In this document: positions 37,752 to 50,433 of the stretch, piece by piece
Layout of the letters: the number at the start of each line of letters is the position of its first letter
How positions within the stretch are numbered: the stretch's first letter is position 1
Origin: Ancylonema sp.
Lineage: Eukaryota
Direction of reading: 5' to 3'
DNA length: 50,433 bases
Assembly (NCBI GenBank): GCA_050230475.1
Contig: JBFLGF010000002.1
Coordinates: 124,001-174,433 of the forward strand
Program-made: the position numbers and the translations under genes
Notes under the pieces: generated by a model
The model's database searches: none
Seen by the model: only the letters and a program-made list of their open reading frames with translations
Told to the model about the DNA's origin: nothing

Positions 37752-38603
37752 AAATGGATGTGCCTTCTAGTCTGTGAATGACGAAAGAAATATCAGCCTC
37801 TCATACAAAAGCCGGTGTCTAAACTTTACTCAAGGAATTCATCTACAATGAATGTTGCCTTGCTGCAGGAATGCGTCCATTCTATTTACACTTGCAGACA
37901 TGGAATACAGTATTTTTGTTGTCCTCTATCCTGAATGCCGCTGGTATTGACTTTGAAGAAGTCATCCCATTCAACAGTAAGAATGGTTGTCATCAGCATC
38001 AGAATCAATATCAGGTGCACTCTGGCATCATTGCTTACTATCAGACTGGTTGCTAACTGGTATTTTTTCATTTTCTTTTCCTTTCAATGAAGTTTATTTT
38101 TCGTGCCGACAACCAAAAATTGTGGACAATTAGGTAACAAACGCGAAGTATGAACAAGGGTTGCCGAATGCCTTTAGATTTGATGGTGTTGCTTGGCCAG
38201 CAGAACTGTAGAGACAGTGAGTGCATTCGACACCCCTTCATAATTAGCATGGGGTACACTGTTGCAACCTGCTAATAATTTGGGGATATATTTTTGAGGT
38301 TGATGATTCACGAGAACATACTAACATGGTCCAGCACAGTCTACCTGAGTCAATTATTATGCACGACAGTGTCCGTCTCTATTTCCAATGTCTACATTTC
38401 GGACAGTGTTGTAGACAATAGTCGATGCAGACAGTAGCTGAGATCACATCACTTGCAACAGGTGATACACAATTTCGTGGAAATTACATGCACAAAAGCA
38501 CCACCAGAAACCCTCAGCTCTCCTTGATTGCTACACTGGTACTGGTTAGTGATTGTTTGGACAAATGCAGCAGGGATACACTACCCAAATTGACATGCAT
38601 TTA

Positions 38604-39641
38604 TCACCTACCCCTGCCCCTGCCCCTGCCACTGCTACCCCTGTATGACCCTCGCCTTCCTCCTCCTCTCCCTCCTCCTCCTCTCCCTCCTCCTCCTCTC
38701 CCTCCCATGTATCCCCTTCCACCTCCACCACTGCCTCCACCCCCTCTTCCTCTACCACCCTTGTTTGACGGGATTTGCATGTCTGCTGGAAGGGTCATAA
38801 GCTTATCTACACACTTCCGATATGAAAAGTCATCTGTAGAGCCATCTGTTCGCACCAGATAAAAACATCGGGAAGTGAACTCAGGATGCTCACGAATTTG
38901 AAACGCTTTGATGCCAGACCCCATCTTTGTGGCCGGATCCTGATGCCCTTTCTTCAACAGGTCCAGAAGTACAAGGTACTCATACTGGAAGCACAGAAAT
39001 GGAGGTCTGTGAGTAACAGTCTTGATTACTTGCCGAGCTGATTTATCCTCAATTTGAACACCGACCAATTGTGGTATCCCATTCTCTGTATGGATAGGTC
39101 GCAGAGATTGAGAAGACATAGCTGGCTTTTCGGTGTCTTTTCCTGCAGTGCCTCGCTTTTTATGAGAAATTCATACATTTACGCAAGCAGTCCGTAATAG
39201 TTCTTGTACTGTGCAGGGTGGGAGGGCTTGCAGAGGCATTGTTTTCAGATACGCACTCACCTCGTTCAAATCGATATTTTTCGTGAAGCCGTGGCACAAA
39301 CCATGGAAAAATTGGAACATCTCCACTGAAGTTTTGAAAAGTTTTGGCCCAAGTTGCACAGGCTCGGCGGGGAGCTTTACTTCTGGTTCGGAAGCTGCGA
39401 CTGGTGTGACAGCATCTTCCGCTTCTGCCGCGGTATCTACATCGGAAACCACTGCTTCTTCCGAGGCTGTCTTTACCTTCTTTGACACTCCCTCTGCTTC
39501 CTCCTCCGCTGGTCTCTTTCCGGTTAACGTGACCCCGTCATCTTTCAGAGACGCTATGACTTCAGATTCCAGAACGATCGGTAGAACCTCTGCTTCTGCA
39601 GGCCCATTATCCAGCTCCGGATTAGGGTTGATATCTGCCAT
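38604..39641 (-). CDS. DOMINO1/EMB514-like DUF3223-RGG protein, copy 3
   Basis: Exons 39641-39261 and 38984-38604 (253 aa); RGG tail is 10 aa longer. Confidence 0.9.
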
Positions 39642-41237
39642 CTACCCGTTTTGGCAGGTATGATGATCTCAAATTAGTGCTCGACTGCTTCGACTGCGAC
39701 TTGGTAAAATATTTTTTCGCGGCGTACAAGCCCTGCACGTGTTGGTGTGGTGTAAGGAATCTCTGAGGTGGGTCTGCAGGTCAGGGAAAGCTTTAGATGG
39801 TCAGTGTGGGTATCGAGTAACATTAATCAATCAGTATCGCCAGTGGTTAGTGTGTGTGGCATGGTCTCCGCGCCGGGGAGAATTGGGGCGCAGAGTTCAG
39901 CCATGATCACGAGTCCGAGTCCGACTCGCAAGAAGTTCGACTCTTGCGGGTCCGACATTGGGTTAACCCGGAATATTACGCGATCGGAACGCAGTACCCC
40001 AGCATCGGCTGTTATCCAGCCTCCAGCCTCGGGTGAATACCTACCGGCCTCGGATGAATACCTACCGACATCGGCTAGCAACATCGGTTGGCCTTCCATT
40101 GGGATTAGGGTCGTATTTTGATTTTGGTAAAATGACGTTAAAAAAAAACCCTGGGCAAATTGGTTAGGTAGTTTAGGACTAGACCGCAACATTCGGATCG
40201 GAATTGTGTGCAAACTATGTGGCATCTACCGTGTTGCATTTTGGCTAGTTTCATGCAAACGTCTTACAAGTCCACTATGTCACAACGGCTTGCCATTACA
40301 CTTAAGTTAAAGCTCCATTACCGAATACCAGACATGTGACGTACACACATATTTTAGTTTTTTGTATATGACATATATTTTTATCATTCATGTACGATTC
40401 GTATCATCCACAAGACGAATTGTGTTGTCCAAGATTTCCTTGGTATTGTGCAATGTTTATATTGTGGTGTATTTGTTACAATCCAAGGAAGGGAGTCGCA
40501 ACTCGCCTTTGCATCGTTACTTGGCAGCAGAGGTCACACAAGTGTCATGAACCATGTCAAAAATTGTCATTGTTTCTTCGACAGGCTAGAATAATAGGTA
40601 TGAACAATCCTTTGGCAAAAAAGTTGCATGTGTTTCCATATGCAATTGGATTTTCTATTTCAATGCAATAACATATTGTATTCTCACTTTAATTGATGGT
40701 CTTACACATAGAAATAAGCACATAATGTGTCTTCACACTTTCATTTCCCCTTCACTCGGCATGAGTAGCGAATCCCATGACTCAACTCAGCCTCAAAATA
40801 CACCTTCCAAGCGCTAAACTATTCTGAATCCCCATTACAAGGATAAGGCAGTCCTTTCCAATTCTTGAATACGATCACTCCGGTAATGATCGGATCATTA
40901 TCACTCAGCAATAATGCTTTCAGACATTACATCCAAAATGAGAAATCTTATCACATATAAGGTTCGCAAGCTTGAAGTTCTGACCCGTATTCCTCTTTTG
41001 ATGAAAAAAAGGAGGGCCTACAGAGAATGGATCACCTCCATCCCACTCCAAATGTTCAATCTGATCAAATCACCTCCCCAACAATGTGCTATCTTGTGAG
41101 CTCCCCGTGTGTCCATCGAGCATACTAAAGGTAAGAGGTCATATCTGCACACGGACGTCTCGTGCCATTCTCGACACATGCAAGCTGCAGCACACTGTTG
41201 CTACACCAGCAGGGGTGCAAAACACTGAGAGCCCCGG

Positions 41238-43375
41238 TTATCTACGCAGTCGCACGTTGAGCATGATCTGCTCCTTCTCCCCCGGCAGTTCCACTCCCCG
41301 TGGCACCCTGAGGGGCACCTCATAGTCTCCGATCACGTCCATGGTTTGCGACATCACCAGATTACCGGACCCCAACTCTATCCCCAATTGCCGTTGCACC
41401 TGCGCTTCCACAGAATGTTGAACTCACGTGCCTGTCACACAGACACGGCGCAAGAACCAAGAGATAAAAAAGAAAGGGCACATTGATGTCGGATCGAAAT
41501 ATGCAGAAATTTGGGCATTCTACGGTTTTGGCGACCAAAGCCCGAAAGCCAAAGCCTCCCCTTTCTTGTGCGCAGTCCGTAACTACCTCACTTATCCGGA
41601 ACACAATAGATAGATCGAGAGCAGCTCTAAGTGCTGTAAGCACCTCTTTGATGATGTCAGCAGCGCTGACGGGCGGGTCCACCACATTCGACTTCTTTGC
41701 CGTTCTCCTCCGAATGGACTGCACACAACCACGCAGCAAGAAGCGATTCATAACGCTCTTCCACCCCCCAACCACCGCTGCGATCATCTGAATCATGATC
41801 CTCATCAGTCGAACAAATCACTTCATCATCCACATTTGACAGCCCGTATGACAAACAAGCCTCCCACCCTTTCCTGTATGTTGGAGACAAATCTCACCAG
41901 TTTCCCCACGTCCAGCCTCCGCATCACTTCTGCAGCTTCCCTGAAGATGTCCGCACCAGAAGTAGGACCAGCACTGGCCTTTACAACTGCTTTCCCCTTA
42001 TTGGCAGTCACAGTCCACCCTAGTGCCTGCCACAAAAGACCACCTTTAAAAAAAAAACTCTTCGCATGTGCCACGGAGATTGACAACAGAGCCAAGTCCT
42101 CCCCTAAAAATAATTGCCCAAGTTCTACCCCCGTTTCAGATCTGCTGCCATGCCCACATCCCCTGCATGAACAATCATATGTCCTTCAGCTCCTTTTGGT
42201 CCCAGAAAGTTGTTCTCCACACCTCTCGTTGCGCCTCCACCTCCTTCAAATACTTGGGCACTGCTGGGAGAGCTAACTTCTGAGGCAGGAGCATATTTCG
42301 AGCGAAGCCAGGAGGCACATTCACGACTGTGCCAGGCTCACCCAACCCTTCGACCGGCTGCAAGGGGAAGCGAGATACTCAACACTCAGCACTCAGCCTT
42401 TGCTTCACCACCACAAGAGTTGTGAAAAATGACTTTCTTCAAACTTGCTGAAGATTACAGGGAACGCTCAATAGGTGTAGACAGACCTTGTCGCATCCTT
42501 CGACCTCAGTGCCCAAACTGACCTCGCCTACATTTCTGATGAGCCGGGCACGAATGAATCCTGAATACCAGAGATCAGCGTCACACAGACTTAAACTTGA
42601 AAATATGCCAGCAAGCAGTGTTTCTTTCTGAAGATTTTTATACCACTGTTTCAAGATCCTTCTCGCCCACACAATTGCTGCTGTAAATATTAGAATGGAG
42701 TTCATGACGACCGGAACGAGGCGTGGAGGAAGGTTTTGATGGTGAAGTCATGGCCCCGTAGAGGCAACTTCTCGGGATTCCGCTTATAACAAAAGGGTTT
42801 GACACTTGGGTCGCCCAGTGGATAGCTTACAGCAATAAGGACAACAGAGACTTTGGCCTTGCTGGCTCGGAATTCCCGCGATGGCTGGTACCAATGAGCA
42901 AGCGAGCCAGAGAGCTGCAAGTGGAACAAGGGGCGCAGCGATGAATGGACATAAGGAAGTTGAACAAGTAATGCTGGTGCTACCCACTCGTGTTTCCTGT
43001 TACAGATGGATCACACGCGATCATAATTTTCAAAGGGACGTATTCGCGTCGCTTTTGGAGCATTATAATTACTCACTAGGATTCGTAGGCAAAAAATCCT
43101 GCGTAATTCTTGACAGGGGTCCTGTACCTCGAACCTCTAAAGCAACAGGCACAGGCATTTATGCAATTTATCCTCTTCTGACTGTGCAGCACCACGTGAT
43201 GTAAAATGACTAGCGTGACATCAATTTTCCGAAACTAAAGGCTGCGTTACATTTTTTTATTTTTTTAGAATGTTGTGTAGATCTCCAGAACTGCAGAAGA
43301 TATGATAAAATCATGGACCTGATTTGACGCGGGACGCAGGCACCTGGTGGCCGCCAAAATTCGGAATCTGACCAT
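41238..43375 (-). CDS. Ribosomal protein bL9 (probably mitochondrial), copy 3
   Basis: Same exon set with conserved splice sites; ATG at 43375, last exon 41399-41238; a few replacements (e.g. SIRRRTAKK, ANKGKAVVK). Confidence 0.87.
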
Positions 43376-43514
43376 GGAGACCGTAGACGCCAAATTGGGG
43401 AGGAGGGCGGCAAACAATGGCGGAGTGATCACGAGATGCACAACGAGCGTACTGAGAGCAGCGTTGCCGAGTGCATCGGCGGTATGAAAATGGATGCTTT
43501 GGGTCCTGTACATA

Positions 43515-44012
43515 CGGTAAATACTCGTCATAAGCACATCTTAAAGACACTGTAAACGTGGGCCTATAACGTGGTTATGGCCGTAACCTGTATACGCGTT
43601 GTAGGCATGTTTGCTAGAGGCCCTCAGCTCAGCCATGCCTGTAACGTGCCAAATTTTGCTCCCAGATCACGGGAACGGCATCTGTCATGTCGGTGTACTT
43701 TTTTTGTCATGCAATTATTGGCCGATTGGCGCGTGAATAAGTACAGATTCATTATGACCACTCTCATTTAAAAAACAAAGTAGATGACGTTCGTATTTTT
43801 TTCACCCGTTAAATGGTCGACGTCAGCACGTGTTATGGCGTCATAACATGGCGTCATTATATGCACCAAAATGCCCTTTTCTCTGTGCCTACAATGTGGT
43901 GTGCTGGTGCCTATAACGAAGACAATTTGGCGGGAAAAAGACGGTACTCACGATTTTGGTGCCGATAACTCGAGTGTGCCTATAACAAATATGCCTATCC
44001 GAGCACTTACCG
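43515..44012. mobile_element. pogo-like MITE, diverged copy
   Basis: TA-CGGTAAATACTCG...CGAGCACTTACCG; same position as 13946-14430. Confidence 0.65.
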
Positions 44013-45761
44013 TGTATCTTGTGTATCCTCCTCAGGCAAAACGACGGCGGTTCCATCACGTAGAACGACATGAAGCTCGATAAAGCGGAAGGAACCCAAC
44101 GAATCCGGTTCCTACGGATATGACTCAAAATGGAAATATCCTCTGAGCGCTAACGTTATGACTTATCCCTACAAAAGCCCAACTAAATTGCGCCCGGTTT
44201 CATGTCGAGTTGGGACCCGAAATAGGAAGTTACGGCCGGCCCAATGAATTGTGCCCAGTCACATGCGAGTTGGGACCTGGAAAGCGCCACTTCTTGGGTC
44301 CCAACTCGACGCGATTCTTGAGCCCCAAAATGCGTCCCAAGCGGGTCCCAAGACGATCGACGTGGATTCGTGGCCCAATTCAACAGGTTCCCGAACCGTA
44401 TGAAATTCGTGCCAAGATTCCCTCTGCCTGAACCTACTGTGCTGCTCAGGCTCCTTCGCTCCTAGGCTGCCTCTCGCGGAAAATTCTCTGAATCAAGTTT
44501 GATGCCCCTTGCTGCTGATGACACGCAACGACGTGGTGGTGGCAATGACGAAGCTTCGATTGACATGCAATGCCTAGCCCTCTAGCTTGGTTTCGCGGAG
44601 AAGAGATGCGTTACGAACAGGCGGGAAAGACTTCGTGCAACCTGTCTTTATGATATCCCAGGACATAGATTTTTGCAACGCAGTGAAAGATGCGGGAAAT
44701 ATGTTGCGTAGATTATAAATTTATGTCAATGTGAGAAGCGCCACCACGTTACCTTATGTAGCATGATTTTTTGTTTCCGCTGTCATGAGCTCCTAGTTTA
44801 GTGTCATTGTAACATTTTTCCCAGTTCATATTCACGCTCTTTCTTTTATCACGTGAACTCACACTGAATTCCTTATCTTTTGAAGTGTGTTTACTTTGAA
44901 CACTCAGCATCTAATTCACAATGCATTTCACATTTTGTACCTATTTTACATCTCATGAAGTAAATATATGTGAGCTAGTCTTATGTGAACAACACCTTGT
45001 GTCATGCAAAGTTACAAATTCGTTATCGCCATAATCTGAAAAGTTGCTAGTGCTTGTGGAATTCAGACTTTATGGACCAATTTAGGCGATTTGCATCTGG
45101 TTATATAAATGAATGTAGCTTGAGTCTCATTCAAAAAATTCAAGGACTGGAAATTTCTTTTTTCTTTTTTAAACAACATTTTGTATAAGGCAAAGATACA
45201 CACTCGGCAGTCTGCTGTTGTGCTACTGGTCCTCACTCGTTTGGAGTTGCTCTTGCTTTCGCTCTTGCAATGAGATCCAAACGATTGGCTGAGCGTGTCC
45301 AATTTCGCGATAAACAAGGGGAATGCAACGTTGCGCGCAGATAGAAGAAAACGCGAGGCGTCGAAGCTGCAACTGGCTGGCTAGCCGTATTGCGACAAAA
45401 AACACGATGTAACATTGTACGATTGAGGTACGGAGAGGAAATTGACGCGCGAATTCGAGTCGACTCAGTGTTGCTTGGGCCTGGTCATAACTTTAATAAA
45501 AAGGACTCGGACCCTGTTGGGACCGAACACCGACGCCGATTACGCCAATTCTAGATCCCAACAGGATCCCAATCCGGACCGGTTAACCTGTCGAGTTGGG
45601 ATCTTGTAGGGACTAGTCATAACGGTGGCTCTGACTGCCGCACTTTTCCTGCTTTATTTTATAGTGACGTCGGTGGCACGTCCGAACGAGAGGCGAGACC
45701 GACAGATCAGGACAAGCCATCCTACTTCCTGACAGACCATATCCTGGCTTCGCATTCCCGG

Positions 45762-48237
45762 ATGCTGATGCAGCGGGAGTTCCGCTGCACCTCTCACGAT
45801 ATGGATTCCTTCCTCAGCGGTCTGGGCATGGATAATCAGAACTCGTCGACTCTCAAAGGCGAGGCACGGGAGGGGCCGTCTGTAGAAGACTGGATTGCAT
45901 CACCGTATTCCGGTCCAGACCAACTTGCCCGTGTAGAAGCGTACAATGCTACTCTACTGGCTAGTCCCGCTTTTCGATTCGCGGCGGAGGGGGAGGGTCC
46001 GCCCGGGTTGTCACTTCCTCTTGGCACCTGGCCCCCTCAAGAATTCGCTCATAGAGAGCCCGCGGGGTTTGTAGGAAATTCCACAAAGACGATGTTCGGT
46101 AGTCAATGGGGTGCTGAGGGAGGGAGACGGGAAGGTAGCGGGGCGGTTCCGAGTGGGGCAGGCATGGCCGATAGTATTTTCAGGAATGTCGGTTGCCAGC
46201 CTTCGATATTAAACGACGGGGGCACGCTCCGAGTGTCTGCTTCCGGAGACGGAAGGAGCGACACCGTTGATGTAAAAGCAGTCAATCGTAGCCATTTGAC
46301 TCAAAAGCGGTACCGGGAAAAGCAAAAGGTACTGTTTTGACAAATTCCGAGTCCAACTTAGGGCACATCCGTCTTTCGTCGACGTTTCGGCTACCCGAAT
46401 TCAGCATAGCAGCATGCATGTCCATGCCAGGTTATCAGGGGGATGAGAATGCAAGTTGACTGACGGATTCCATTCCATGTGTTTGCAGGCGAAAACTGCA
46501 GACTTGGTGACCCGGGTGGAGCATTTTCAGGTGAAAACGCAGGCCCTGCAAGACCAGAAGGCGGACCTGATCGGGCGGAACAAGATGCTGCTGGAGCTGC
46601 TACAGGAACGGGACACGCAGATCGCAGAGTTGCAAGCAGGGCGAGGCACGCGCCCCTCTCATACACTCACTGCGCATCCTGCGGTACGCTCCGCAGCCGG
46701 AGTATGGAAGCATGTGGCATGTGGCATGTGACGGGGCACTCCGGGATGGATTATGGGCAACATTAGTATCCATAGCGACCTTGGTAGCAAGTCCAGTGCC
46801 TCCAGGAAGTAAACCGGGGCTGCTGCACCTGATTAGAATGCCATTGCCACACCCGTCTGCAGTACGGACTGACGGTTACCCCCTTTGCCCCCCGCAGTTG
46901 CAGCCTGACCCCGACGGCACCTCCCACTCTGACGCCCCCCACCAATCCCCCGCAGAGGGTCTGGCCGAGTCCCTCTCGGTGGCCCTCACGCTGACTGTGG
47001 CTGACAAGCCCATCTGCTTGACGCAAGAGCAGGTGCGCTCTCCTTCTGTGAGCAGAGAGTAGCCACAGTGGCAGAAACGGCAGTGACAGGTGGCAGAATT
47101 ATCGACCGTTATCCGGGGATGGTGCAGATGAAGGCGATGTCACCCGCGAGCCTGGCGCGGTTCTGGAAGGAGTATGTGGTCAAACTCGCCCTCCTGCTAG
47201 TGGCTGCTGAGAACAAGGGCGCTCCAGACCACCTTCTACAGCGAGTGGAGCAGCTGACGGAGGAGGCGCTGGCCATCTTGACCTCCTTCTCTCACCCCAA
47301 CCCCATTTCCACCAAGCAGTTTGTGTCTCAGAAGGTGGAGGAGGATGAGGGGATCTTTGCCAGGTCAGCAGGGAGGGCTCCATGCGCATCAGAAGTAGAG
47401 TTTTGGGAGTGAAATGTTTGTATGCGTCATGCAATGTGTGAAGCCACGCGTGCCTGTGCACCTGTGTGCCTATACAAGATGTGCCTGAGGGGCCAAGAGG
47501 CGGGGGACCAACCGCCACAACTCCTCCTCAACATCGCTTCAGACCCAACTTTATTCCATGTGAGGGCTCCCTCCTGTTCGTCGTTCCAGGGAGGAGAGCC
47601 ACGAGGCGTGGCTGCACACGGCGGAAAGCCTGAGCCTCACCCCCGCGCAGCAGGCGGAGGTGAAGCAGCTGCGGGACGCCTATTTGGGCGACATCGACGC
47701 CGTTCTCCTGCGGCGTGCAGCGGCTGTGAGGGAGCTGGTGGAGAGCGGGAGCCACCGAGTGAGCATGAGGAAGGCGGCACTCTTCTATCTCAAGGTGGGA
47801 GGGGTGGGGGGTGGGGACAAGGGTGGGCGGTGGGCAGTGTGGTCAGCAAGTGGGTGTCGGTTGGGGGTATGGCAGACCTGCACTGCGCAGGCGAGTATTC
47901 AGAAGCTGATGGAGGAGGAGGTGCTGCTCATCGTAGCATTTGTGCGCAAACTTTTTGGGGAAGTAAGCATTTCCCACCCTCCACCCTCCACCCTCCACCC
48001 TCCACCTTCTGACCTCCAGCCTCCACCCTCTATTCACCTCCCATCCGTCTGTGGGTGCTGCAGGTGCTGACACCTGTGCAACGGGCTCGCTACATGGTGC
48101 AAGCCTACCCTTGGATCCCGGACCACTTGGCATTTGCTACAGCCGTGGCGGCGCTAGGGGGGGACGCAGAAGCCAGGCTGAGTCTGCAGATGCTGCACCG
48201 CGATTGGTCCGTGGCGGCGGACAGCTCGAGCATGTGA
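45762..48237 (+). CDS. bZIP transcription factor, copy 3
   Basis: Exons 45762-46328, 46489-46683, 46898-47032, 47128-47363, 47590-47794, 47876-47962, 48064-48237; same exon lengths as copy 1, frame intact. Confidence 0.85.
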
Positions 48238-49474
48238 ATGAATGGCAGACTGGGATGCATCCGGGATTGAAGCACACACTTTCTGGGTCCACGCCTCGAT
48301 TTTACATTTTTTATAGATCAGCGTGTATTTTGAGTGCTGTGCTTGGCAGAAACAGCAAAGGGATGGAAATAGAGAGGGGCCACTGTTTTTTCTGACTAGT
48401 GCGCAAGAAGGTCAAACGGAATTCGTTTGACTCAATGGTTCAGTCTTTTGCGTCAACAACTTTTTTGAGGTGGATTCGGGCTAGGGAGGAGTACGAGAGG
48501 CAGGGGTACTTTCCTGTAGCACAGCATGCGACTAAGGAAATGTGCATGTGCGCGTCACCTTTACCTAGGGCCAGCTAGTGTATGGTGCATATTCAGCCGA
48601 GACTCCACTCGGATCCTCTGACGGCATTCTGAATGATGTTGGATATGGTGCCTTGCCTTATTACAGGCTGATGTATATGTAAATTGTCCAAAATAATGGA
48701 AAAAGAAGTGCTTACTAACCCCCTCACTAATCCCCTCTTTACTAGTCGACTGGACATCAGTGTTGCGATGGTATTAGTATATGTGTGATGGTACTTTCAT
48801 ACTTTGCTGATCTTATCCACATTGCCGAGCGTGGCACTACAATCCTTGTGATGGGATGGGATGGGATGTATGAGCACACAACACAATTAGTGTGTTGTAT
48901 TCTTCAGTGGTTACTACACATGGTCCGTATACAATGAAAGCGGTGTGAAGGCCTTTGTGTGAGTGTAGCTTGGCAACATCGGATCAAAGGGGTACACGGT
49001 GCAGTAACAATGCACCCTTCCTTCTCGAAGTTTTTGGTGCAGGCCAGTCCTCTGAGTGAAGCGTCTAAGTTACTTACGACACATGATTTCAAAAAGATTC
49101 GATCTGGAACGCAACTTGATGTCGCGCACTTGAAGTGTTTAAAACACTCGTTAGAAGTGACGTATTTTCACATTTGGTAATTGATGAAACCAAGAAATAC
49201 CTTATAGATGCAAATTTACATTGCATAGCTGCTTACAGACGCGCCAACCATGACATGTTATGATTAGGGACGTGTGTCAGCCTCACCCAGCCCCTTCCTG
49301 CACATAAAATCCGCATGTGGCCACCCGTAGTCTCACGTCCTTTCAAATTGGGCGTCAACGCATCCGAACTTAACACCTAACCCACTTAATATGACTAATA
49401 CCGGTCGTGTTACTACACGCCTGCTCCCAAAGCACTACTAACGACGCCGGTGTATCGAACCACGCTACCGATCT

Positions 49475-50340
49475 TGTGAGTGATGGCACTTACTATACTA
49501 CCCAAAACTCACACTCTGAGAATATTCCTGCACTGAATCTACTCATGTGTACTCATTGACAAATGACACCATGCTTGTTGTACACCTGTCGACAAGTGTC
49601 GACAGTCGTTGGTACGACAACTAATCACAAACCCATAAGCCTTTACGGCGCTCACCAATCTACCGATACACACAGAATTGGTACATACCCCATTCCCACT
49701 GGTTCAACTTCTGAACTACAATTTGCCCCTGTAAAGCGCCATTATAATGCGCCAATCCCTTACTAGACCCTGTAAGGTTGTAAATCCAATACACCCTCCC
49801 AAGGTTAATAGTGTCTTGCTCTAGCCACTAGACATAGCAATCGATTTCACGTTCACATTGATCACACTCGGACCAGCCACCTTGGTCAGCATGTCTTCTC
49901 CCATCCTCTTAGTCCTCACATCCTCCAGAGTAACCTGCCTCATGGCCACTCGCTCCTGGATGAAGTGCCACTTGGCAAGAATGTGCAAGCTTCGACCATG
50001 ATAGACACGGCTCTCGGCCAGCGACCAGGCTGACTGGGTGTCGGTGAAGATTACCGACTTCCTCTCCTTCTCCTCTATGACCCCATCCATTTCCCCCTTG
50101 AGCTGCCTCACAAAACTAGCCTTTTTAGCAGCCATCGTTAGCCCCATGTATTCAGTCTCACCACGACTCAGAGAGCCTAGCCCACTCGCTTACTCCCTCG
50201 TGAGACAACGTCTCCCGCTAACATGAACACATAACGTGTCCGACCCTTCCGAGCGTCCGGACAAGTTGCATGACTGGCATCACTATACCCCCACAGATAT
50301 GTCGACTCCCTAGCCTTGAACAGCAGGCCCACACCAATTA
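49475..50340 (-). mobile_element. 3' remnant of a second Ty1/copia element (RNase H, PPT, probable 3' LTR)
   Basis: Minus-strand RNase H fragment ends ...MSSG* at 49821; purine tract gggaggg (49800-49794) is followed by TGTATTGGA (LTR start near 49793). The left LTR end is uncertain (49475 is one CA candidate). Confidence 0.8.
49821..50340 (-). pseudogene. Copia RNase H fragment with an in-frame stop
   Basis: LWGYSDASHATCPDARKGRTRYVFMLAG...stop at 50177-50179...ETEYMGL...IFTDTQSAWSLAESRVYHGRSLHILAKWHFIQE...DMLTK; similarity to pol is lost beyond about 50340. Confidence 0.88.
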
Positions 50341-50433
50341 TTTGTGGAATATCACTCCGATGGATCGTTTGCGCGCGAAAAAGACACGTCACGTCATACT
50401 CCCTTCGAAAATTGCAGCGACGTCTACACGCGT

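Larger units (their letters stand above)
36489..49352 (+). repeat. Diverged third copy (B*+C*) of 6961-21182
   Basis: Collinear, with frequent substitutions and indels in introns and intergenic DNA; homology ends at caaattggg (21182 / 49352). Confidence 0.93.

Overview
Eukaryotic nuclear DNA, most likely a chlorophyte green alga (GT-AG introns, TGTAA poly(A)-type signals, plant/algal-type proteins, standard code). A full-length but frameshifted Ty1/copia LTR retrotransposon (781-6120; PBS, PPT, 5-bp TSD CGACT) opens the window. Three tandem versions of one four-gene block follow: FKBP12 (+), DOMINO1/EMB514-like DUF3223-RGG protein (-), mitochondrial ribosomal protein bL9 (-) and an atypical algal bZIP (+). 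The 3' remnant of a second copia (- strand) closes the window. With A=6103-6722, B=6723-20769 and C=20770-21584, the order is A-B-C-B-A-B*-C*. Copy 2 (21585-35631) looks identical to copy 1 (constant offset 14862). 35631-36488 repeats 6103-6960, including the last 18 bp of the copia 3' LTR. From 36489 the third copy switches abruptly to a diverged haplotype/paralogue in which all four genes are still intact. The bL9-bZIP intergenic region holds several TE remnants. I found no clearly new biological system. The best leads are the two-junction amplification with a chimeric third copy, a presequence-like extension on FKBP12, co-varying distant inverted repeats and a transversion-rich LTR divergence pattern. 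All alignments and counts were done by eye, and an assembly artefact cannot be excluded.
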